DNA of 64,000 nucleotides, from positions 124,001-188,000 of IMG/VR virus record IMGVR_UViG_3300026512_000002, one strand, 5' to 3'. The notes beneath the pieces were generated by a model. That model saw nothing but the letters and a program-made list of their open reading frames with translations. It did no database searches and had not been told where the DNA came from. The position numbers were made by a program, and so were the translations under genes. Shown here one piece after another: positions 49,092 through 58,529 of the stretch. Positions within the stretch are counted from its first letter, which is position 1, and every line of letters begins with the position of its first letter.

Positions 49092-51899
49092 ATGGATAAT
49101 ATATTTACAGGTAAATCAACTTATGATATAGAATCATATATTTATGAACTTTCGACTAAATTTTTTAAAAACCAAGATGGTACAAATATACCTGTTAATA
49201 AATTACGTAATGGTCTATATGGTTGGTTGTCAGAAACTCAGAGTAATTTAGCTTTCAACAGTATATCTACGAAATCAGGATTATATGAGGAAAATTTTAT
49301 AAACACAGCTAAATTACCTCAAACCATATACAATAATGCTATTATGTATAATTTTAATGTCAATTTAGCAGAACCGGCGATACTACCAGTTAAATTAAAT
49401 ATTAAATTCGTAGATATTATTAACATCAGTAGGCGTAGCGAACAAGTTTTTAGAATAAGTAATAGTACTGTATTTCAAACTAACGGTATGAATTTTAAGC
49501 TAAGATATGATATTATCATAGAATATAAATTGATAGGTTCCAATATAACTGATGGATCATTATCAGCGACATATGATAAATCTACTGAACAATTTGACAC
49601 ATTTGATACATATGATAAACTAATACCTATCAATTACAACCCAGATACTGGCATGGTAACATTAGTTGTGGATCTATATCAATTGGAAAAAACTGTTACT
49701 ACTTTTGAGTATATTGAACAAGATTCATTTTTAAATAAATCATTTAAAGTTAATTTTTTTGACCAATTATCTAAATTCAGAGTTTTTTATAAGGAAACAC
49801 CTTATTCCGAAAGAATTGAATTAAACACATATTTGGGTTCCGAAGAAGTTAATTTTAATCCAAATGAAAAAAAATGTAATTATGAATATAATGGCACGAA
49901 TAGTTTAAATATATTATTTGTTAGTAATACAGGATTTCGACCTAGTAATAATTCGATAATAGAAGTAGAAACATATACTACAGTAGGTTCATCAGGTAAT
50001 ATTAATTATAATGGGTCTCTCATACCTGTATTTGACAATAAATTTTACTATGATTTAAATATTACTACTACTCCAATAGGTGTGGGTTCTGGTGGATTAG
50101 ATAAACCATCACCAAATGAAATAAAAGCAAGACTATTAGCATGGATACAATCTAAAGGTGAAATGATAACAGATACTGATATTGATAATTATATTAAAAG
50201 TATACAATCACAATATTTGAAAAACAATAGTAAATTTACTATGACTAAAGACCAAAACGATTTATTAAGTCGTTCATATAAATCATATGTATTACTAAAA
50301 GATAACGATAATATAGTTATACCTACTACAACAGTTGATTTGTCATTAAGTTACACAATAATCGAAAGTAATGATATGGATTATTTTAAAAAATCTATGG
50401 ATGGTTCAAAAGTATTGATACCATCCGGTAGTTATATAGTTTTAAAAAAAACCGTGCAAACAAATATGGAAGGTTATGTTATAGCATATAACTATAGCGA
50501 TTATACTGTCTCACAATATCCTGAAGAAAACCTTTTTAATGAAAATGATATGTTACGGGGTAGTGATAACTGGTTATCATATTATAGAAAATATCCTGAC
50601 GCATATACTGTTTATAAAACACCATATGATATATTAATAGATTCCGTACCGTTTTTAAGAGCAGTGTATTATCGAACATCATTAGATGATACATATCAAG
50701 TTAATAAATATAATATGAACCATTTATTTGGAAAAAGTTTCACAATTACTGAATTTGATATATATAGAAATTCTATGAATGGTACGGATAATGATACTTA
50801 TACATTATCATTTGAACTAAACACTAATGTTAATAAAAAATATATCAATAACAATATATTGTCTGGACCCGACAGAAACCAAATAAATGCAATAATATTA
50901 TTTTTCACCAAAGATGATGATGGTAATAGAACATATTATGGTTTTAAAAACTGTGTGTTTGACGAATCTTCTAACGGTAATCCGTATAAATTCTATTCCG
51001 AATTTAAAACATTGTATAAAATGGATGAATATGATTCAACATATCTAAAGTTATTTAAAATAGATAGTGAAACTTCTACAGTTGTTAGTAATACATTACA
51101 AGAAGTTAAAGTGCCTCGTGACGTAAACATATCAATTTTAGTTAACTATGATCCAAATGATGGTAATTCTATAGAAAGCTATTTTCAACCAACTAGTGAT
51201 AATCAACTACAATACGCTTCTAATACAACAGCACCGGATTTATATGATACTGCTATAGATGGTTCTGGAACAACAATAGGGTTAGTAAATATAATAAATG
51301 TTTTAGAAGTTGAGTCTGTTGAACCTGTTAAGATTTTCGTATCATTAGGCAACGTAGTATCATCAAACATAACATATACTGGTCAATCTTATGTGATAAA
51401 GGAATTACCATTAATAACAGCTGATTATATAGAAAATGATGAACGGTTTCAATTCTTTATAAATGCAATAACTAACTATGAAAATATGTTTAAAACAATA
51501 CTATCAAGAATAGATGGTAGTAGTTCACTTAATTTAAAATATTTTAACACTTGTGGTAAATCTAGTAATTTTACAATTAATAATACTGATATAAATATTT
51601 CTTGTGTTATAGGTTTACGAGAACAATATACCCCAATATTAGAAAAAAATATAATTAAACACATAGTATCGTTTATGAATAACATTAATGATATTGATAT
51701 AAATAGATTTTCATTTTCTAATTTATCAACATCATTAGAAAATAATTTTCCACAAATATCAAGCGTTTTCTTAAATGATATAAACGGTCTTAGAGTATAT
51801 GAAATTGATGAAAAAAATGTTAGTGATATTCCGGAATATTTGAATATAGGATATGATTATATAAACAAAAAATTTAAAGTTAAATTAATTTTTAAATAA
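49092..51899 (+). CDS. Baseplate wedge protein (T4 gp6 / P2 gpJ-like)
   Basis: E.FINTA..P.TIY..A......A.PA; RP.NNS.IEV..YTT.GS.GN; GGLD.PS..EIK; ITDTD. Confidence 0.8.
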   Translation: MDNIFTGKSTYDIESYIYELSTKFFKNQDGTNIPVNKLRNGLYGWLSETQSNLAFNSISTKSGLYEENFINTAKLPQTIYNNAIMYNFNVNLAEPAILPVKLNIKFVDIINISRRSEQVFRISNSTVFQTNGMNFKLRYDIIIEYKLIGSNITDGSLSATYDKSTEQFDTFDTYDKLIPINYNPDTGMVTLVVDLYQLEKTVTTFEYIEQDSFLNKSFKVNFFDQLSKFRVFYKETPYSERIELNTYLGSEEVNFNPNEKKCNYEYNGTNSLNILFVSNTGFRPSNNSIIEVETYTTVGSSGNINYNGSLIPVFDNKFYYDLNITTTPIGVGSGGLDKPSPNEIKARLLAWIQSKGEMITDTDIDNYIKSIQSQYLKNNSKFTMTKDQNDLLSRSYKSYVLLKDNDNIVIPTTTVDLSLSYTIIESNDMDYFKKSMDGSKVLIPSGSYIVLKKTVQTNMEGYVIAYNYSDYTVSQYPEENLFNENDMLRGSDNWLSYYRKYPDAYTVYKTPYDILIDSVPFLRAVYYRTSLDDTYQVNKYNMNHLFGKSFTITEFDIYRNSMNGTDNDTYTLSFELNTNVNKKYINNNILSGPDRNQINAIILFFTKDDDGNRTYYGFKNCVFDESSNGNPYKFYSEFKTLYKMDEYDSTYLKLFKIDSETSTVVSNTLQEVKVPRDVNISILVNYDPNDGNSIESYFQPTSDNQLQYASNTTAPDLYDTAIDGSGTTIGLVNIINVLEVESVEPVKIFVSLGNVVSSNITYTGQSYVIKELPLITADYIENDERFQFFINAITNYENMFKTILSRIDGSSSLNLKYFNTCGKSSNFTINNTDINISCVIGLREQYTPILEKNIIKHIVSFMNNINDIDINRFSFSNLSTSLENNFPQISSVFLNDINGLRVYEIDEKNVSDIPEYLNIGYDYINKKFKVKLIFK

Positions 51900-51932
51900 T
51901 AAACAATATATTAAAAACTATAAGGTGATACT

Positions 51933-52697
51933 ATGAATAATGATATTGAACATGCAACAGATATTAAAAAAATTGATAAAGTCATATTAGACGAACTCAA
52001 TGAACAAGTATCGGAAAATTTAATAGAAGTTGTTAATATACTAGATGATATTGGGTATCTTTATGAAGAATATCAAAACAGTGTTAGTGAAAGTGAGTTT
52101 ATTGATAAAACTTCTAAAAAAATCAACTCATATGGTATTAATAATAAAACATATGTTGAATTAGCTAAATATATTGAAAAAAGATATAATGATATTAGAA
52201 ACCTAGATGATTTATTAATACTTGAAAAAGAACTATCGGCTTTACATAAAGCAACATTGGATGTTTTGAAACAAGTTGATGATAAAACACGTGAAATATT
52301 AAGTAAACAAAATAAGAAAATACCTAATGCTGTTAATAAAAGTAGTATTATACAGGGTGCGTTAATAAGTGCTAGTGCTGCTATATTGAATAAAGAAAGA
52401 TTAATGAAATTAGCATTGTCCACAATGAGTGGTAGTGTCGGTAGTGCATTTTTTTTATATACCTCAAGTAGAGGTATTGTGCGTAGTATGAAAGGTTTAA
52501 AAAAAATGGTCAATATAATGTCAAAAACAAATAATATACCAGATACAAGAAAATCGTTAATGCTAATTGCTAGAACATATAAACTATTAAAAAATATAGA
52601 ATCGCATACAAAAAAAAATGAAAAACCAAATATAGGTGAATATAAAAACATGGTCAATATTGATAATAATTATGAGTTTAAAAAATCAAGAGTTTAA
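51933..52697 (+). CDS. Late protein with an acidic propeptide-like N-terminus and a hydrophobic hairpin
   Basis: AACA-N6-TA at 51902-51913; IIQGALISASAAIL and ALSTMSGSVGSAFFLY. Confidence 0.55.
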   Translation: MNNDIEHATDIKKIDKVILDELNEQVSENLIEVVNILDDIGYLYEEYQNSVSESEFIDKTSKKINSYGINNKTYVELAKYIEKRYNDIRNLDDLLILEKELSALHKATLDVLKQVDDKTREILSKQNKKIPNAVNKSSIIQGALISASAAILNKERLMKLALSTMSGSVGSAFFLYTSSRGIVRSMKGLKKMVNIMSKTNNIPDTRKSLMLIARTYKLLKNIESHTKKNEKPNIGEYKNMVNIDNNYEFKKSRV

Positions 52698-52719
52698 TAA
52701 CAATTAATAGAGGTGTATA

Positions 52720-53556
52720 ATGAGTAAACAACTTTTAAATGAAAAAATGTCAAAAGGAAAAGCTTTAAAATTATATAATTCGGTAAAAACCGAATTTTGT
52801 AACATGTCCAATGATGTTGAAAAACGAACATTGCTAAATAACTTAGATAAGATTGAAAAAGCTATGACTAAAGGTTCTGCTGGGAAAATTGGTCTAGCAC
52901 TAGGTTTATTAGCAGCAGCTGGTGGAGCTTATGCTGCTTACAGTGCTCATGTACATGGTTCTGATGCTGAACATGAAATGTCAGGTATACGTGATATGGA
53001 TCAAATTGAAAACCCTGTAACTGATCAACTGGAACCTGAAGCAACAGCTAAAACTGTTCCAGTTTTCAAAAATAGAGAAACTGGTAAATATTTCTTAAAT
53101 CCTAAAGATTATACTATGGATAAATATAAAAAAATCAAAGCATATAGAGCTGATGGTAAGTGGGTTGGTAGAGAACAATTTGAGAAAATTTCTAAAAATC
53201 TTAAAGGTATAAATACCCAACGTGCTTTAAATAATGCTAGGATAATGAAACAAGGTATCCAATATGATCAAGCCGCAAAAAGAATTAAAGAATACAATCA
53301 AAATAATATTATTAAGCGAGATATGTTATCTAATTTAGTTAATAAATATCATAATAAACAAAATGCTGGTATCGCTACTGGTGTAATTGGTGGTATTATA
53401 GCTGCTGGTAGCAACTTGTTAAAAGGTGGCGATCGTACCGAAATAACTAAAGCTAAAGCAATCGTAGGTTCAATGAAAAAATATATCTCAAAAGTAAAAC
53501 CAGGTAAACAAAAGTGTGCTGATTTTGATAAAAAATTTAAACATTACTTCATATAG
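52720..53556 (+). CDS. Cassette-family membrane-hairpin protein (one module)
   Basis: LLNE|...FCNM...KG.AGKI.L (TM1) [variable] (TM2)...KVKPGKQKC.DFDKKF. Confidence 0.7.
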   Translation: MSKQLLNEKMSKGKALKLYNSVKTEFCNMSNDVEKRTLLNNLDKIEKAMTKGSAGKIGLALGLLAAAGGAYAAYSAHVHGSDAEHEMSGIRDMDQIENPVTDQLEPEATAKTVPVFKNRETGKYFLNPKDYTMDKYKKIKAYRADGKWVGREQFEKISKNLKGINTQRALNNARIMKQGIQYDQAAKRIKEYNQNNIIKRDMLSNLVNKYHNKQNAGIATGVIGGIIAAGSNLLKGGDRTEITKAKAIVGSMKKYISKVKPGKQKCADFDKKFKHYFI

Positions 53557-53562
53557 GAGAAT

Positions 53563-55326
53563 ATGATGATACATACACTTAGTGAAAATTCTAGTAGTAA
53601 ATTATTAAACGAAGGTTTTTTTGAAAATAAAAGACTTAGGTTATATAATTCAATAAAAATAAGTTTTTGTAACATGGATACAGCTGTTGATAAACAAGTG
53701 TTAATAGACACATTGAAACAATCATCTACAGCATTAACAAAAGGTAAAGCTGGTAAAATTGCGTTAGGATTAGCTGGACTAGCGATAGGTGGTATTGGTG
53801 CATACGCTTCTTATAAAGCTGGTATGGATGTTGATTCCCTTAATAAGGATTTAGATGCAATACCGACTACCGCAAATGATGGTAGTAATAGTTTAGCTAA
53901 TATGGCTAATGCTACTGCACGATCATTATATGGTAGACATGTAGCTGATGCTACAAATATAGAAAATGGTGGCAAATTGGCAATAGGTGTAGGTGCATTA
54001 CTAAGTATTGTATCCACTGTAATAAGATCTGGAAATAGTTCCGATATCAGTAGATCTAAAGCAATAATAGACACTATTATTCAATATATTTCAAAAGTAA
54101 AACCAGGTAAACAAAAGTGTGTTGAGTTTGATAAAAAATTTAAACAATTTTTTATTAATGAAAGTTATAATAGTGATATCAGCAATAGTGATGATAATGT
54201 TGTGGTAGAAATGGATGTTGTAAGTGAAGGGATATCTAATCTATTAGCCCTATATAATGATGCGTTACCAGAGTCTATCTCAGATAATATTCTTAATGAA
54301 CTATTAACAGACGCATTGTTTTTGTTCAACGAAACAGTTAATTTTGAAAATGTTAGTGAGTTTACAACACCTACATTCATAGAGGATTATGCTTTTATGA
54401 CAGAAGGTGGAGTGTTATCTGAAAACACCAAAGACACTATTACAAATACAGGTGAATTGGCAACATATAAGAAAAACATCGTATCAGCAATATTTGAAAA
54501 TACTTCAGACAACGATAGTGTCGAAATCAACTCCTTTACTGTTAGTAAAATTATATTAGTGGAGATGTTAGATGGTTTAGGTTTACTACAAAACATATCT
54601 GAGTCTAACCCACAAATTATCACAGATACTGTGTGTAAAATGAGTTTATTAGATGAAGCTAGTAAAAGCAAACCATTCAGATTGCTCGGTTCTATTAGAA
54701 AAGAATTTTGTCATATGAAAACTACAAAAGATAAAGAAAAATTATTGAAACGACTAGATGGGTCTGTTAAAGCTTTAAGTAAAGGTAAAGCTGGTAAAAT
54801 TGCTTTAGGATTAGCTGGACTAGCAGCGTTAGCAGGCGGGGCATATATGGCCTATGATGCAATGAAAAATGGTGAAAATATAAAAGATTCTGAAAATGGG
54901 CTTTTAAGCACACTTAAGAATGCGCATACTAGAGCAGGATTTACTCAACAAGAAACATCTAATGGTAAAACTATTACTAAACATTTTTTAACTAAAATGG
55001 GTGGTGTTGCTGAACCTACAACTAAACTTGGTTACGAGGCCAATAACCTTAGTAATAAAGCGATATCACACTTATCTGCTAATAAAGATAATATAAAGAA
55101 AGCTTTTTCGGGAGCTATAAAAGATGAAGAAAATAGAGCACTTACTGGAAAAACAATAGCGAAAGCAGGTGCTATTGTTGGACTAACATCACTGTTATTA
55201 AAATCCGGTAATAAGAAAGATATATCTGAATCTGAAAAAGTTATCAAAAACGTAATATCTTATGTTAAGTCAGTAAAACCTGGTAAACAAGATTGTGTTG
55301 ACTTTGATAAAAAATTTCTAATATAA
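53563..55326 (+). CDS. Cassette-family polyprotein (two modules separated by an acidic spacer)
   Basis: Two further copies of the module in 52720..53556, linked by a Glu-site-rich spacer. Confidence 0.7.
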   Translation: MMIHTLSENSSSKLLNEGFFENKRLRLYNSIKISFCNMDTAVDKQVLIDTLKQSSTALTKGKAGKIALGLAGLAIGGIGAYASYKAGMDVDSLNKDLDAIPTTANDGSNSLANMANATARSLYGRHVADATNIENGGKLAIGVGALLSIVSTVIRSGNSSDISRSKAIIDTIIQYISKVKPGKQKCVEFDKKFKQFFINESYNSDISNSDDNVVVEMDVVSEGISNLLALYNDALPESISDNILNELLTDALFLFNETVNFENVSEFTTPTFIEDYAFMTEGGVLSENTKDTITNTGELATYKKNIVSAIFENTSDNDSVEINSFTVSKIILVEMLDGLGLLQNISESNPQIITDTVCKMSLLDEASKSKPFRLLGSIRKEFCHMKTTKDKEKLLKRLDGSVKALSKGKAGKIALGLAGLAALAGGAYMAYDAMKNGENIKDSENGLLSTLKNAHTRAGFTQQETSNGKTITKHFLTKMGGVAEPTTKLGYEANNLSNKAISHLSANKDNIKKAFSGAIKDEENRALTGKTIAKAGAIVGLTSLLLKSGNKKDISESEKVIKNVISYVKSVKPGKQDCVDFDKKFLI

Positions 55327-55347
55327 TATTTTATAATATTTAATAAA

Positions 55348-55400
55348 ATCGATAATAGTAGTGGATGATCATATATATGTCATCCGCTATTATTATCGAT
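55348..55400 (+). other. 21-bp intergenic RNA hairpin without a U-tract
   Basis: ATCGATAATAGTAGTGGATGA / TCATCCGCTATTATTATCGAT with two G-U pairs. Confidence 0.7.
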
Positions 55401-55462
55401 CATTACACTAATAAGATCATGTTAATTAACAATGGATTAAATAACTATTATAAGGACACATA

Positions 55463-56278
55463 ATGTATACAGAATCAAATATAGAAACATTATCTAATAC
55501 CATATTAAAAGAATCATCAATAGCTAGATCTACTTTTAATGTGTTAACACCAACTATAGATTATAAAGCACTACATAGCTATAATTCAGCTTTAGTTGAG
55601 CCTAGTCAAGGTGTTTTGGATAGAACAGTAGAAGCTATTATGCGCTTTATTGAAAATATTGTTAAAAAAATGAATAATTTATGGTTCAATAGAGCTAAAT
55701 TTGTTAAAAACAATGAGCGTATAATAGTAAATGGGTATGATAAAATGATGGGTGATAGAGATGTTGTTGTTAGATTGGAACCTATAAATGTAGTGAATCG
55801 TAAATATATAAAAGATTTACGCAATCTACGAAATCGTATCTTGAAACAAGTTGATCGTAAATTTATAGTCGGTCATAATTTACCTAGAAACTTTAATAGT
55901 GTATCTGTAAGACGAATTGAGTTTATGGATATTATGACTAGAATCAACGAATACCCACTTTCTATAGAACCTCAAGATTGGATCGATTTCATAGATCATA
56001 TAAAAAGGTTTTATAGAAGTGATTTAGAGAATATTGAAAATGGTAAAAAAGAAATTATGTTAAGATATAAATATATTAGACATGAAGTTGAAACAGGTGA
56101 ACGAACAATACTAGCTTTGCCAAAAGCTAAACAACCAACTGTTGATAAAACAGTTACACTTATAAGATCTAAATTGAGTTTAATTATGGACATTTATAAT
56201 GCTGAACTAGAAGCATTGGAACATATGTATCTTGCCATGTATAGAGCATTGAGAATATTTTATGATTATGGTAAGTGA
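55463..56278 (+). CDS. Internal head protein family member
   Basis: Late promoter at 55428-55439; GVLDRTVEAIMRFIENIVKKM...FVKNNERIIVNG similar to 42553 and 58530. Confidence 0.55.
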   Translation: MYTESNIETLSNTILKESSIARSTFNVLTPTIDYKALHSYNSALVEPSQGVLDRTVEAIMRFIENIVKKMNNLWFNRAKFVKNNERIIVNGYDKMMGDRDVVVRLEPINVVNRKYIKDLRNLRNRILKQVDRKFIVGHNLPRNFNSVSVRRIEFMDIMTRINEYPLSIEPQDWIDFIDHIKRFYRSDLENIENGKKEIMLRYKYIRHEVETGERTILALPKAKQPTVDKTVTLIRSKLSLIMDIYNAELEALEHMYLAMYRALRIFYDYGK

Positions 56279-57256
56279 TTAATTACGTCTACCGTTTCTA
56301 TTACCGTTTCTATTATTATTATTCTTATTCTTTTTTTTGGTGACACCAGCATCTGGATTTTTAGCTACAAACCCCATATTTTTTAAATTATTTTTTAAAC
56401 TTGCATCAGATCTACTATAAGCACCTTCCAACTCGCGAAGTCTTGTACCAACTAATATCGTCACCTTATCCATTATACTTGCAAGTAACGATACACTCTT
56501 TTTCAATAAAATTTTTAATTTACTAAAAAGATTTTTAGTTATTTTTGTTTTAAATATATGTGCTCTTTTAATTTTAGCTCCAGTATTTGCATTTTCTCTG
56601 CTCTGAATAACCTTGTTTCTATCAATAAATCTTTTAAGTAAATCTCTATCAGCTTGTAAACTATCTTCGATATTATCTATCCCACCATTAATATTTTTCA
56701 AATTGCCGTATATTGTAGCAACTCCTGTTATATCGTATGGTGACTTAGGAATATTGTTTATAGCAATTAATGAATTTTCTCTAAGAATTTCTTCGTACTT
56801 TTTATAAATACTATCAATAGCTGATAACCCACTATTAGTATCACCTCCTTCAGCAATATCTAATAATTTTCTAGTGAAATCAAAAACGGTTTTTTTAAGT
56901 TTAAAAAGTTTAGTTAAACTTGTGGTGAACCTAGCATCGTTCATAAGTAAATATGTTTTATTTTTTAATGTTTCTGTTGCTTTAGCACCACTTGTATCTT
57001 CACTAGCATATTGTATAGTATCTCCTAAAGCCGACATACGTTCACTCCACTTATCTGTACTATCTTTATTAGCTTCAATTTTTTTTAATATAGCACCAAT
57101 GAAACCAGTTATAGCAGAACCAATACCCAGTGCTAATGCACCTTCTTCTAACATTATTTCTTTTACAATATCCGCAGTATCGTCATCGAGATTACTTAAT
57201 ATATTTCTATCTACATATTCTTCAATTAACATATTTTTATACAATGAATCATTCAT
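56279..57256 (-). CDS. Internal head protein family member with an R/N-rich tail
   Basis: Start MNDSLY at 57256; LEE|GALALGIGSAITGFIGAILKKI; C-terminus NNNNRNGNRNGRRN. Confidence 0.55.
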   Translation of the reverse strand: MNDSLYKNMLIEEYVDRNILSNLDDDTADIVKEIMLEEGALALGIGSAITGFIGAILKKIEANKDSTDKWSERMSALGDTIQYASEDTSGAKATETLKNKTYLLMNDARFTTSLTKLFKLKKTVFDFTRKLLDIAEGGDTNSGLSAIDSIYKKYEEILRENSLIAINNIPKSPYDITGVATIYGNLKNINGGIDNIEDSLQADRDLLKRFIDRNKVIQSRENANTGAKIKRAHIFKTKITKNLFSKLKILLKKSVSLLASIMDKVTILVGTRLRELEGAYSRSDASLKNNLKNMGFVAKNPDAGVTKKKNKNNNNRNGNRNGRRN

Positions 57257-57275
57257 ATCATACCCCATATTTTTA

Positions 57276-58520
57276 TTACAATCTAATAGCTGTATTATCG
57301 ATTTGTTTATTTTTATTTTTAACAACTTTAGCTATAGCATTTCTCAAATTAGCTATTGTTGGATCAGTACTATCGAGAACATATTCAACTATTTTATTAA
57401 ACCTATTATCAACTAAATCATACAAACTAGTTAATACACTGCCTTGATAACTAGATGCTTTTTGCACATAATTAACATAACTAGTTAATAACCTCGCACC
57501 AGTTTCACCTGATTCAGCTTTTTTAGTAGCATCTTTTTTATTATTAATTCTCACATTGGTAATAGCTTTATCACCAGTTTTTTTAAAAAACTTTTCTTTC
57601 GCAGCATATATCTGCCTACGCATTTCTATTGTTGATAATGTTTTATTATTTCTAATTTTCATTTCAATATCAGTTGGTAATTCAACATCATCAACAGTTT
57701 CCTGTTTCTTAGCATACTTCTTACCATGTGCTAATAACTTATCATAACCTATTTCTAAGTTTTCCATACTTTTTGGTAGCTCAGTAAAAATCTTACTCAT
57801 ATTAGTATAAAATTGACTGATACGTACACCATTCAACTTGTTATATCTTGCTTTACCAATACCTGTGAATTCACTGAGAATATTTTTACCAGTAGCAACA
57901 CTTTTTATAGGTGTTGTAAAATTACATAATTTTTTAGTAACAATTACCAGTTCAGCACCACTATAGTTTGTAAAGTTATTTTTATCAGTAGCTTTAGTTT
58001 TAGCTTCCGTGACTAATTTATAATTAGCTGATAATGTTTTTTTCATATCAGTTAAATTCATATCACCTATCATATATAATGGATTAGCATCATTTAATAT
58101 TTTAGAAGTTAGTTTGGACATAGTATCGTAATCATACTCTTTTAAAAACTTAATATATTCGCCACCTATTTCAGAATACACATCTTGTTTCAACAACGAA
58201 ACCTCACCTTGACTTTTTATCACTTTTAGTTGCTCAATATTATTACTTAATATTTCAGCAGTATTGGTTCTAGCAGCAGCTTTGTTAGCACCTTTACCAA
58301 ATATTGCTTTGATAGCATCAAGAATGAGTTTAAAACTATTACCCACACCGCTATCTCCAGTAATATCCCCTATAGTTTCTATCACAACATTATCTAAATA
58401 TTCCTTCAGATCCTCAAATTGTTCTAACAAATTTATAATATCAGCAGATTCTTGTGTTTTTTGCTCTATAAACAATAATTCATCATTAAGCTGATCATAT
58501 AACGTATTGTACATATTCAT
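57276..58520 (-). CDS. Internal head protein family member
   Basis: Acidic N-terminus, VIE|T, amphipathic SFKLILDAIKAIFG, basic body. Confidence 0.55.
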   Translation of the reverse strand: MNMYNTLYDQLNDELLFIEQKTQESADIINLLEQFEDLKEYLDNVVIETIGDITGDSGVGNSFKLILDAIKAIFGKGANKAAARTNTAEILSNNIEQLKVIKSQGEVSLLKQDVYSEIGGEYIKFLKEYDYDTMSKLTSKILNDANPLYMIGDMNLTDMKKTLSANYKLVTEAKTKATDKNNFTNYSGAELVIVTKKLCNFTTPIKSVATGKNILSEFTGIGKARYNKLNGVRISQFYTNMSKIFTELPKSMENLEIGYDKLLAHGKKYAKKQETVDDVELPTDIEMKIRNNKTLSTIEMRRQIYAAKEKFFKKTGDKAITNVRINNKKDATKKAESGETGARLLTSYVNYVQKASSYQGSVLTSLYDLVDNRFNKIVEYVLDSTDPTIANLRNAIAKVVKNKNKQIDNTAIRL

Positions 58521-58529
58521 ACCACACCC

